Shown: positions 30,592 to 41,359 of the stretch, one piece after another
Numbering within the stretch: the stretch's first letter is position 1
How the letters are laid out: every line of letters begins with the position of its first letter
Source: Acidimicrobiia bacterium
Lineage (GTDB): Bacteria > Actinomycetota > Acidimicrobiia > Spongiisociales > ZC4RG35
Length of the DNA stretch: 64,000 nucleotides
NCBI GenBank assembly: GCA_965203555.1
Contig: CBDBCY010000004.1
Location: 1,120,001 to 1,184,000, forward strand
Reading direction: 5' to 3'
Position numbers and translations under genes: made by a program
Notes under the pieces: model-generated
What the model was told of the DNA's origin: nothing
Seen by the model: only the letters and a program-made list of their open reading frames with translations
Database searches by the model: none

Positions 30592-31806
30592 TCAAATTGG
30601 GGTTTGGGGGGTGGTGAGCCAGTGTTGGTATTGGGTGGCGAGTTGGTGGTTGTGGTAGAGGCCTCGTTCGAGTTGTGAGAGGCGGTTTGGGTGGGTTTGG
30701 AGGGCTATGGCGGCGCGAGCCAGAGTTGTTTGGGTTTTTTGGCGTAGGCAGCGTAGATCGCTGCCGTTGGGTGTTTGGTTCGGGTTGGTCAGCAGTCGGT
30801 AGACCTGGCGGGCGATGTAGCGTTTCAGGCAGCGGATGATCTCTTTGCGGGTTTTGCCTTCGGCTTGTCGCCGTTGGGCGTATTCGATGGTGCGGGGGTC
30901 GGTGCGTAGCCGTACTGTGGCTATACGCCAGAGGGCGTTGTTGGCTTGGCGGTCGCCGCCGCGGTTGAGTCGGTGACGCACTATGCGTCCCGACGACGCT
31001 TGGACGGGGCTTGCGCCGCAGAGAGCGGCGAAAGACGCTTCTGTGCGCATGCGGTGGGGGTTGTCCCCGGCGGTGACCAGCAGCGCGGCGGCGGTTTCGG
31101 GGCCGATCCCACCGGCAGCCAGCAGCGCCGGGTTGGCCCGGGCGCAGAGCTGTTTGATTTCGGTGTCGAGTTGTTGGATCTCCCAGGTAAGTGCTTGGTA
31201 TCGGCGGGCCAACAGACGCAACGCTTTCTTGGCATAGGCGATATTGGTCCGGTTCGCGCCGGGACGATAGGCGGCGCAGACCTTCACCCGGGCTTTCGGG
31301 GAAAGGCTCCCGAGTTGGTGTTTGACCTGGTCGGGAGCGGTGACCACCAGAGCGTGCAGCTGGTTGATGGTCTGGGTGCGGGCCTTGGCGGCCGAACGGC
31401 GGACCACCCGAAGCATCCTGATCGCTTCGACTGGTCCGTCGCCGCTTTTGGGTGTCCCGGTGGCCTGTCCGCTCAAAACAGCCCGGGCCGCGGCCTGAGC
31501 GTCGGTGGCGTCGGTCTTGCCGAACCGGCGGCGCAGTTGACGGTTGGGACGGTTCACTTCCACTACCTCGACACCGATTCTCACCAGGTAGCGGGTCAGG
31601 CCGGCGCCGTAGCTGCCGGTGCCCTCTATTCCGACCTGGGCAACGTTGCCGTGTGACCCCAGCCAGTTGCCCAGTTGTTCATAACCGGCTGTGTCGGTTC
31701 CGAACGATGCCGTGCCCAACACCCGACCGGTGGTATCCACCACCGCCGCCACATGAACATCGCGGTGGGTGTCCACCCCACCGAACACATCAACCCGATC
31801 TGACAT
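30592..31806 (-). CDS. IS110-family DEDD recombinase with C-terminal XRE-like HTH
   Basis: GVDTH, GIEGTGSYG and KTDATDA (DEDD); PVQASSG; RLNRGGDRQAN. GAGGAG RBS precedes ATG 31806. Confidence 0.92.
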   Translation of the reverse strand: MSDRVDVFGGVDTHRDVHVAAVVDTTGRVLGTASFGTDTAGYEQLGNWLGSHGNVAQVGIEGTGSYGAGLTRYLVRIGVEVVEVNRPNRQLRRRFGKTDATDAQAAARAVLSGQATGTPKSGDGPVEAIRMLRVVRRSAAKARTQTINQLHALVVTAPDQVKHQLGSLSPKARVKVCAAYRPGANRTNIAYAKKALRLLARRYQALTWEIQQLDTEIKQLCARANPALLAAGGIGPETAAALLVTAGDNPHRMRTEASFAALCGASPVQASSGRIVRHRLNRGGDRQANNALWRIATVRLRTDPRTIEYAQRRQAEGKTRKEIIRCLKRYIARQVYRLLTNPNQTPNGSDLRCLRQKTQTTLARAAIALQTHPNRLSQLERGLYHNHQLATQYQHWLTTPQTPI

Positions 31807-31839
31807 TCGTCTCTTCTCCTCATTTAGAATCGGTTCTGT

Positions 31840-32020
31840 TCTCCCTGACCCGAAAAGGCGGTGGACGGACCACTCAAGTGGCAAGAGCAAGGCTCCTATC
31901 AGGTCACAGCCGCCCTGTCGGGAGAGCGCCGCCCCCAGGCCGGAAGCAGGCCGACAAATCAAACCAAAGGCACAAACAGGCCAGGTTAGGTTGGAGTCAG
32001 ACCCGCCCCGGCCCAGGGGC
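31840..32020 (-). ncRNA. Putative IS110 bridge RNA
   Basis: Left non-coding end folds into two stem/internal-loop domains containing CAACCT and GGTTTGAT (target matches) and ATAGGAGC and TGAGTGG (donor matches). Confidence 0.75.
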
Positions 32021-33628
32021 ACCTATAAGTATGAGTGGATGAGGTTGTTGATGCCTTCCAGGGATCCGTTCGAACGGCGGGCGTGGTGCCAGTTGAGGAT
32101 TTCTTTTGACCAGTTGAGGACGGTGGTGACGGTGTGGTAGTACTCGGGTATGTGTCCGGTTTCGTACAGGGTGACGAACCGTTCGAGGGCATCGAGCGCG
32201 GTGGGGAGGTCTTTGGCCTCATAGAGGCCGTAGAGTTGTTGGAGAGCGCACCGAGGCGACCCGCAGACGCGGGTACGCCTCGAATAGGTGTCGGAGACGT
32301 TTTTTCTCTTCGGGGGTGATATTGGCCTTTCTTTTGAGGAGCAGGTACCGGGCGCGGAACAGATCCGGATGCCAGGCGGGTTTGACGCCGGGCGACTGGC
32401 GGCGTTGCAGATCCCGGCGTACCAGGGTCAGTCCTTCGGTGAACCAGCGGGCGGCGTGGAACCGGTCCAGGACATGACAGGCCGAAGGAAGGTAGCGGAC
32501 GATGGCCGCCTGGTAGGAACGGGAACCGTCGGAGACCACGACCTGTACGTTCTGGCGCCAGCGGGGTCCCTGCTCGATGAAGAACCTGCTCAACGCCTGT
32601 TTGGACCGCCCAGGGAACATGGACAGGATCTCGCCGGTGTCGCCGTTGACAACAACGGTTACATAGCGGTGGCGTTTTCGGATCGATGTTTCGTCGATCA
32701 GCAGCACCCGGCACCTTTGGCGACGGCGCCGGGTTCGGATCAAATGGGACCAGTCGGTGACCAGACCCATGATCAGATGCCAACTGATCTGGTGGCGGCG
32801 GGCCACTGCCCGGATGGGCATGGCCTGGGCGTCCTGGACCAGCCGGCGGGCCAGCCGGCGCGTTATACCACCCACAAACTGGGGATGGGTTTCCATGTGC
32901 CGCCTCTCGCACCGGTCGCACACGTACCGTCGCTGCGTCCACAACAACACCGTCAAACGTCCGCTCACTTCCAGGTCGCGGATTCGCCGCTGGCGGCGGT
33001 CGTGCACCCGCCGGCACGACCGGCCACAATGCGGACACTCCGACAGCTTCTTCACCGAGACCACCTCCACCACCAGCTCCCCGACGGTGTCAACCACCAC
33101 CTTCGTCACCCGCACACCACGCAGGTGCAACCGGACCGGCATAACATCAGCATTCATTGAGGCCTCCTGGATAGGCGATTCGCTTACACCACCTATTCCA
33201 GCGAGGCCTCAACCCCTAACCAAGGACCCCCTCCCTAACCCTGCTCCCCACAAAAACGCGCAGCCTCCTAAAGCGGCGGTCCGCGTGGGTGCTGGAGAAG
33301 GAAAAGGCCCTCCGAGACCAAATCGTCCAAATCTGTTCACTAATGGGGACTGAGTGGACCATCCGGGCGCAGACCAAGATTCGCCAGATGAAATAAGTGG
33401 ATCATTGGCCTGACCATTGTCACCACATTGGTAGCTGTGTCATCCCTCTGCGTCAATACTTCGGACCCCTTAGTGGATTTTGGGGATCGCCGGGGGGTTA
33501 GTCCAATCACCCTATTTCTGTCCAGTCCGAAACAGGGGGGATCTGAGGCCCAAACGACTCGAGAATCCTCATAACGCCTCAGACGGTAGACCCCACGATG
33601 CGCATTCGTGTTAGATTGGTTGGCTTGC

Positions 33629-34795
33629 TCAATCAGTGCTTCGACAATTCACTCTCTCGAGAAGGTGTAAAAATTCCTCGGAGTTGTCCTTGGTCGGTGG
33701 CTGGACGACATCTACTCTTTCGCGCCTTAACGTATGAATAGTCTTCTTCACATTACTGGGACATAGGTCGACAATTGTGACTTCAGGGTCTAGGGTCACT
33801 GCGTTTGAGATCAGCGCCATAATCGAAGTGTCTGTGGGTGGCATTGAATATCCAAAGATGACAATGTGGCTTGCTGTCGCCAGAGCGGAGTGAGCTCGGC
33901 GCCATATCGCCGATATTATCGCATTGCCGTAGAGAACAGACTTGTCAGCAAGAGGAGGGAGGATCACGGGCGAAAGCGTGTCCTTGAGTGCGGCCCACCC
34001 TTGACCGAGCCTCGGTACATCTTTCCCCCAATGGGGGACTAAGGCATCGAATTTCACTATCGACAACAGGTCCGAGCTGTCTAGACGACCGAACCAGGCT
34101 GTCGAACCATGGAGCTTATGAAGGGAAAACGACGACACTGGCCCATTACTCAAGTTGACTCCGGTCTGCGGTGGCGTTGGTGGGAGGGAACCCAATATGT
34201 CGTCTACCTCCGGGAAGGTACCCGGTCCTTTTCTGGGGATTACCTCTCTTGTGGCCGATTCGATCAGCGTGTCGTAGTTCAGCGTGATGACGTCATTCTT
34301 GTTACGATGCCAATGATTAATAAGCTTGTCTAACCACTCAGGCCGGCAGTCTCGGCTGGCTTGGAACTGTCGATCCATTATCTCTTCAGCAATCTGATCC
34401 GCAAGTTCAACGAAGAGAGAGCGGCGTTGCAGCTTCTGCGATTCCGACAAGAAGGGCTGATCAGCAGCAAGTGCAGTAAACCAGGTTTCGACATCGCCGA
34501 ACGGCACAAGGCCGTTGTCTATTGAGTCTGTTTCGTATCCGTCAAGCAGCGCGCTCAAGGGACTGCTATGTTGGAACCTCTTAGCGACCGCCATGCCAAG
34601 TTCTTTGATGAGCGGCATTTGGCGAGAGATCGCTCGCGAGAACCCTGCTCCGAGAAGGAAGACTGTTGGGGAACGTCTCCCTGTTGGAACCCTGGGATCC
34701 TTTGTTTCCACAGAACTACGGTACTCGTGACGGCTGGGGGGCGCTAAGTGCAGGCGCCCGGAGTTCATGGCTACGTTCGACAGGACAACGGGCAC
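33629..34795 (-). CDS. SIR2-like (SIR2_2) protein, candidate defence NADase
   Basis: FLLGAGFS, ITLNYDTLIE, LHKLHGS, ILPP and IFGYSMPPTD. True start may be further downstream. Confidence 0.85.
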   Translation of the reverse strand: MPVVLSNVAMNSGRLHLAPPSRHEYRSSVETKDPRVPTGRRSPTVFLLGAGFSRAISRQMPLIKELGMAVAKRFQHSSPLSALLDGYETDSIDNGLVPFGDVETWFTALAADQPFLSESQKLQRRSLFVELADQIAEEIMDRQFQASRDCRPEWLDKLINHWHRNKNDVITLNYDTLIESATREVIPRKGPGTFPEVDDILGSLPPTPPQTGVNLSNGPVSSFSLHKLHGSTAWFGRLDSSDLLSIVKFDALVPHWGKDVPRLGQGWAALKDTLSPVILPPLADKSVLYGNAIISAIWRRAHSALATASHIVIFGYSMPPTDTSIMALISNAVTLDPEVTIVDLCPSNVKKTIHTLRRERVDVVQPPTKDNSEEFLHLLERVNCRSTD

Positions 34796-35210
34796 AAAAT
34801 GCTGCTCCTGGCGTCCCCGCGGGTTTGGGGTCTCTCGTCAAGGGTTCAGCTTCCCAAGCTAGGAATGTCGACACGTCCTGCTCCTAGCTCCGTTGTGGCC
34901 ATCTCAGGTAGAGTACAGTTCCGGTTCTTCGGTCGGTCAATGCCATCACCCACACCTGGTCTAGTCCTCGATAGTCAAGGTCCGCGAAGATGGAAGGGCT
35001 GCGGGTAGCCCAATGCCTGGAGCTGTTGTCCGGCGGGTGGACGAACCGCCAATAGGCGTCTGTGTCTCCCAAGACGAATCGCCAGCCACTTCTGGATGAC
35101 CGGCTAGCTGCCTTTTGTTGACATGACAAAGCCAGCGCTGCCTGACGACCAGGCTGGGAAATGGCTAGGCTGGGCTCCCGGGGATGTGAGAACGGAATCG
35201 GATCGACTAG

Positions 35211-38200
35211 GAGGCTGCTGATTTATTCGGGTGGGTGAGATGCTTGGTTTGGGGGGTGGGGTTGTGGGATAATTTTGGGGTATGTTGGGTGTTGAACGTT
35301 TTGATCGAGAGTTGTTGGACGCGATGGCGGTGTGCGGTGATCTGGTTCCGGAGGGGTCGGTTTACCGGTTTTTGGCCGAGCATCGAACTGGGGTGTTCCC
35401 GGATGGGTTGTTCAAGGATTTGTTCGGCCCTCGGGGCCGTCCCTCGGTTCCGGGGTCGGTGGTGGCGACGGTGATGGTGTTACAGGCTTTGGAGGGCCTG
35501 TCCGATCGGGAAGCGATCGGTCGGTTGCGGTGTGATATTCGTTGGAAAGCCGCAGCGGGATTGTCGCTGGTAGATGGGGGGTTTCATCCCACGGTGTTGA
35601 CGCTGTGGCGAGCAAGGCTGCGCAACAGCAAAAGACCGGAACGGATCTTCGACGCGGTGAGGAAAGTGGTCGACCAGACCGGGATATTGAGAGGTCGCAG
35701 CAAGCGGGTGTTGGACTCCACGATATTGGATGATGCGGTGGTCACCCAGGACACGGTGACGATGATCTGTGCCCAGATACGCAAGGTCCGCCGTCTGATA
35801 TCCCGAGCACGGCAGGTGAGGTTGTCCCGTGATTATGAACAGGCCGGTAAGCCGTCGTGTGATTGGTCGGATCCGCAGAGTCGTTCCAACCTGATCGACG
35901 GTCTGGTCAAGGACGGACAGGCGGTGCTGGACGCGGTCAAAGATGTTGATTTGGATGCTGGGCAGTCGGAGGCGGTGGGGTTGTTGGGGGTGGTGGTCGG
36001 CCAGGACGTGGAACCCGACCCCGACCGGGAGGGCAGATGGCGTATCGCCCGGCGGGTGGCTTCGGATCGGACGATCTCGGTGGTCGACCCGCAGGCTCGT
36101 CACGGACGCAAAACATCGTCGCAGCATCGCGACGGTTACAAGGCTCACATAGCGGCCGAACCGGAGACGGAGATCATCACCGTCGTTGAGGTCACCGCCG
36201 CCAACACCCCCGACGGGGAGACCGGCGCGAGAATGCTGCAAAAAGACGCAACGGCTGGTCAGGGCGATCCGGCTGGCACGGGCTTGTCAAATTCTCTGTG
36301 TGAGGGGGTGGGTTCATGGGTTTTAGTGGGTTAAGTTCATTCGGTTTGGGAAGTGGATTTCGAGTTGGTTGAGGGCTAGTTTCCAGCCGTGGGTTCCGGT
36401 GCCGAGGTTGCCTCCTCTCTTGTTGGCGATGTTCCGAGCTGCCAGGCGCAGCAGCTTCAAGGCGGATTGGTCGGTTGGGAAATGGCCCCTGGTTTTGGTG
36501 ACTTTCCGCAACTGGTAGTGAACGCTTTCCACCAGATTCGTGGTGTACACCACCCGGCGAAGCTCTGGCGGGAACCGCAGGAACGGGGTGAACTCTTCCC
36601 AGGCGCGTCGCCATATTCGTATCACTCCCGGGTACCGGTTTCCCCATTGGTCGTCGAGTTTGTCCAACGCCTGGGCGGCCGCTTCGGCGTTCACCGCGGT
36701 GTACACGGCCCGTAACCCTCTGACCACCATTTTGCGGTCTTTCCAGCTGCAAAGCCGCATAGAGGCCCGTATCAGGTGGATGACACAGGTCTGGACCAGC
36801 GCCTGAGGCCAGGTGGCCTCGATCGCGTCCGGGAGTCCTTTGAGACCGTCACAGCACACGATCAGCACGTCCTCGAGGCCTCGGTGGCGTATCTCGGTCA
36901 GCACTGACAGCCAGCATCTTGGCGCCTTCGCTGCCGTCGCCCAACCACACCCCCAGCACATGTTTACGTCCGTCGATATCGATGCCGACCACCACATACG
37001 CTGGGCGGTTGACAACAGTTCCGTCGGTACGGACCTTGATGACATGGCGTCCTGTGTACAGCAGGGGATAGCACCTATCGAGGGGCCGGTTCTGCCATTC
37101 GGTGAGCTCCTCGACTATCCCGTCGGTGACCTTGGACACCAACGCTGGCGACACGTCCACGCCGTACATGCGCTTCAACTCCGAGCGGATGTCACGGGTG
37201 GACAGACCCCGGGCGTACAACGCCACAATGTTGGCGTTGAAGCCCTCCAGGCGCCGGGCGCCCTTCGGAACGATCTTGGGTTCGAACGTGGCGTTGCGGT
37301 CACGGGGCACGTCCAGGTCCACCGCGCCGATCTCGGTAAGCACCTGTTTGGGAGTGGTCCCGTTCCGGCTGTTACCCGTCCCATGGCCGATCGGATCACC
37401 GTGCTCATAGCCCAAATGATCGGTCAACTCCTCAGAAAGAGCCCGTTCCAGCACCCGCTTAGTCAACTCGGCCAGCACACCATCGGGACCCAAAAGATCC
37501 ACACCACCCTCCACAGCATCAGCCACCACAGCCTCCACCAGCTCGTCGGACACCACACCAGCAGCCACACCAGCCGGCTCCGCCATCACATGATCAGTCA
37601 TACATCATCTCCTCTCAGGCCGGCGCTCACACCAGCCAAAGCAATCAGAGAACCCAACCTCACACAGACATTTATACAGGCTCGCTGGCATGGATGATCC
37701 GGCTGGTGTGGACGATCCGGCTGGGGTGGAGGTCATCGCTGATTCGGCGTACGGGTCGGGCGAGGTTCGCGCCAAGTTGGAAAAGGCCGGGTATACCACC
37801 ACTGTGAAACCGATACCTTTGCGTGGTAACTATCGGTTGGGCAGTGACCAGTTCACCCGGGACGATTTCGAGGTGGATCACGACCGAAAACAGATCACCT
37901 GCCCGGCCGGGGTGACGGTGAACATCAGCCCCAAAGGCTGGGCCCGGTTCGCAAAACACTGCACCGGTTGTGGTTTTCGGAGTCGTTGCACCACCAACCG
38001 ACGGGGTCGCCAGATGCGGATCCACCCCCATGACCGGTTACTGGTCCAAGCCCGCCGAAAATGGAAAGATCCCCCGACCAAACACCGGTACAACAAGTAC
38101 CGGTCGACGGTTGAGCGGTTGATCGCTCACTTGGTTGCCAACGGCCACCGCAAACTCCGCTACCGGGGCACCGCTCGAAACCGGCAACAACTACACACCC

Positions 38201-38424
38201 GCGTAGCGGCGATCAACCTGCGCAGGCTCATCAACCTCGGACTGCACCCCACCACCACCGGATGGGCCACCAACCCGATCTAACACCGGGGACCCCCAAC
38301 AGAGAACAAGCAAACACTGGAGCACACCGGCCACCACCCCCCGGAACCGGTGCGCCCACCGCGCCGCTTTCGAGATCAAGCCCAGTGACCCACCATCACC
38401 CCAACACCAATACTCAGCAGCCTC
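35211..38424 (+). mobile_element. IS1182-family element, copy 1 (transposase 35282..38283 split by IS256)
   Basis: TIR GAGGCTGCTGA / TCAGCAGCCTC with CTAG duplicated at 35207 and 38425. Motifs GRPS, LSDRE, VLDST, DGYKAH, IADSAYG and RSTVER. Confidence 0.9.
36280..37683 (-). mobile_element. IS256-family element (transposase 37601 to 36323, frameshifted)
   Basis: NSRNG, VPRDR, CCDGLKG, CVIHLIR and YTTNLVES. Imperfect IRs, flanked by GCTGGCAC / GCTGGCAT. Confidence 0.9.
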
Positions 38425-39457
38425 CTAGGAGGTCGGGTCGACGAGGCGTCCTATGAACAGCAGTGCGCTGGTTTCGGAATGGACGATGGCCCAGAGGAAG
38501 GGGCGGTCAGCGACTACCGTGAGGTCGGCTTGTGGAGTGCTGACTCATCGAAGGCCATGGCGGTGGCTGCGGCCGCTTCGGTGCCTTTCTCGTCGACGAT
38601 CACCTTGGCGCCGTGGAGGGCGGCGGTGATCATGATCTGAGGAGCGATGTTCTCAAAAGGCGCTCCTGTGCAGAACCCCAGGGGGCAGAGCCATGCGAAC
38701 AGGTCGGTGGGCGGCAGAGTCTGTTCCCATTTGGGAATGGTGAGATCGACATGACCCTCTTGAGCGGAGGCTCCCAGTCCTGCCAGGTCCTGCGGGTCGA
38801 GGAACTCCTCAACCGCGGCCAGTCCGTCGGGATCGTGGGGCACGATCAACCACATGGCCAACCGGCCACCCTCATAGGGAAGTTCAACCGCATCGGCGCC
38901 GTCGAGTTGGACGAAGCGCCGATGCACCGGTTCGCGATCGCGCATGAGCGGCACCGTCACCACCTCGCGGTCGCCGGTTGTGAACCGGCCATCGGTGGTC
39001 AACTCAGGGAGGAACGGCTCGATCCAGTCGGCCTTCAGGTACACCGTGTTCACCAGGACCAGTTCCTGGCGTACCACCACCAGCTCGGTGACGATGGTGG
39101 GAATGAGTTCCCGGGTGGCGTCCGACATCCATTCGTTGATGGCCTCGGCCGCGGGGGAGCCTTCGTCGAGGTCGATCGGGTGACCGCCGCTCCGTAGTGG
39201 GAAGCGGCAGTTTCCAAGAACGCGGGCAGTGGAGAAAACTCGTCGTCGGGAAAGAGACGGTTGGCCACCTCCAAGGTGGTCGGTTCCACCGATGCCGACG
39301 CCAGCATCAGATCGACCGCGTTGGCCGCAGGATGAGGACCAGCCTCGGGGAATCCCAAGATCTCATCGAGCACCGCCCCGGTGTCTCCGGATGCGCCGGC
39401 ACGGCTGAGACTGAAGGCCAGACCGAGGCTCACCGGGCTAGAGACCGCGTTGCCCAA
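38425..39457 (-). pseudogene. Serpin copy D (two frameshifts; IS1182 inserted at its stop codon)
   Basis: Same 5' junction. Frameshifts near 39180 and 38535. Ends LFIGRLVDPTS* with the TAG inside the CTAG target. Confidence 0.85.
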
Positions 39458-40885
39458 CCAGGCCGACTGGTCCGCGCCGTCGCTTGACCAGTACTACCGG
39501 GCCCTCAACGCCGTAGCCGATGTCAAACCGGAGACCGAGGAGCATCTGTATCAACGGCTGTGCGATTTGACGAACCTCGGGCTGCGGCTGGTGTGCTATG
39601 ACCTGACATCCCACCCTGTTTCGAAGGTTCCGCCCGACCCTCCGACGCGTTTTCGTCGCGAGTGTTCGGGTACTCCCGGGACTATCGCCCGGACCGGCCC
39701 CGGATAGTGATCGGTCTGTTGTGCACGACCGACGGGATCCCTATAGCCCATCACGTGTTTGCAGGGAACACCAACGACGCGTCCACCCTATCGGAGGTGT
39801 TGAACGGTCTGGCCAAACGGTTCGCGGTGGGCAGGATCTGTGTGGTAGCGGACCGGGGTCTCATATCGGGCGCCAACCCGGAAACGGTCTCCCGGGCCGG
39901 GTACGATCATCTGTTGGCCACCAAGCTACGCCGCGACCGGATCACCGCCGGGGCCCTTTCGGCTATCGGCCAAGACACGGTATGGGTCGATCTGTCCCAA
40001 CTCGGCAGCAGAGCCACAAATATCACCCTTTGGGACGGGACCCGTACCGTGGTGGTCGAGTCCGACCCCGCGCTCGGCGGGACACACAACGCACTGCCCA
40101 GATCATCCAAGCAGCCGAAACCCGGCTGTTGGCGCTGGATCACCGCGTCCGCTCGGGTGGGGTCAAAGACCCCGCCAAGATCGGCAGAGCCGCCCAACGA
40201 ATCCTCGGCACCGGGCGTGTCGGGCGACTGTTCGATTTGGAGATCGGCCCGGGGTGTTTTCTCTACCACTACAACGAAGACAACCATGCCTATGAGAAGC
40301 TGTTGGCCGGTCGTTACGTGCTGACCACCAGTCTCACACCCGCCCAGGCCGACACCACCCAAGTCGTGGCCGCTTACCGGCAGTTGCAAACAGTCGAGAC
40401 CAGGTTCCGGGTCCTCAATGACTTCCTACGACTGCGACCGGTAAGACACTGGACCGAACAACGAGTCCGCGGGCACGAAGGCAGTCGTGTTTACGCCGCT
40501 CTCATGCAAAACGCTCATCACCCGCGCTCTCACCACAGGCGATGTCCGAGATCCCGACCTCGACTACCAACACCTCACCGCCGCACGGGCCCTCCAACAA
40601 CTCAACCGCATCCGCCGGATCGATCTGACCGCCAACAAGCACCGGATCACGCTCACCACCCGACGAACCTCCCTCCAAGCCCGGACCCTCACCGCCGTCG
40701 GAGTCGACACCCGCACCTGGGACAAAGCCACCATAACGAACACACCCCACAAAAACCCGCACCCCATCCCACCAACACAATGTCGCCACTACAACACCCT
40801 ACAGAACCAGCCCCCCACAACACAAAACCCCAGGTCAACACACCAATGACCATCCCGCCAAACCCCCCGACCCGCCAAATTCCGG
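39458..40885 (+). mobile_element. IS1634-family remnant fused to serpin D, ending in an inverted copy of the IS left end
   Basis: Frameshifted transposase runs to ...WDKAT. 40735-40885 matches 46845-46993, including TIR CCCGCCAAATTCCGG. Confidence 0.85.
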
Positions 40886-41359
40886 TATTACCGGTTGGGT
40901 GAGCGGGCGGCGGCGGCCGATTGGCCTAGTCGGATGGCGGTCGCGTCGGTGATCGTCGAGCAGCTCGGCGGCGGGGGGCGGGTGCGGGCTACTCCCTGGT
41001 TCCGGCGGGTGATCGCCGGGGGTAACGGGCGGTTGCGCGCCGGTGGCAACCTGGTCGTGAAGGCGGTGGCATGATGTGGTCGTTGTGTCTGGAGTGCATG
41101 TCGTGGTGTCGGGATGGGTGGACCTGCCGGTGCGGGATGCTGGGGGCTGCTCATATGGGCGCGAACTTCGCGGCGGAAATCGTGGGGAACGACTGGGCCG
41201 ATTTCACGCGGTTCGGTTGCAAGCCGGTATCGCCGGGGTGGGCGTATCTGGCCGGTCTGAACCTTCCGCCTAGCTGGCGCTAAAGGGAAGGGAGGGGAAC
41301 CCCAGGGTTCCGGGCTTGGGGGATGCCGGTTCCCTGGGGTTTGAAGGGTGGGTTAGTGG

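Larger units (their letters stand above)
30577..32038 (-). mobile_element. IS110-family element inserted in the ISL3 transposase gene
   Basis: No TIRs. Both junctions share CATC on the sense strand. ISL3 coding sequence resumes on both sides. Boundaries are ambiguous by a few nt. Confidence 0.9.
30451..33265 (-). mobile_element. ISL3-family element (transposase 33157 to 30502, frameshifted and interrupted by IS110)
   Basis: Zinc finger CPHCG...CDRC, IDET, VVSDG and LDRFH. EGINNLI | TLRRTAHGF is split by IS110. IRs GGCCCTGCGCGTTTTT / AAAAACGCGCAGCC. Confidence 0.85.

Noticed and set aside
31807-32022. N-terminal 72 aa of the 476-aa IS110 ORF call
   Set aside because: The RBS and family start lie at 31806. 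The upstream part is the structured non-coding end.
10948-39457. Serpin copies as DGR template/variable repeats
   Set aside because: No reverse transcriptase, and the differences are not adenine-specific.
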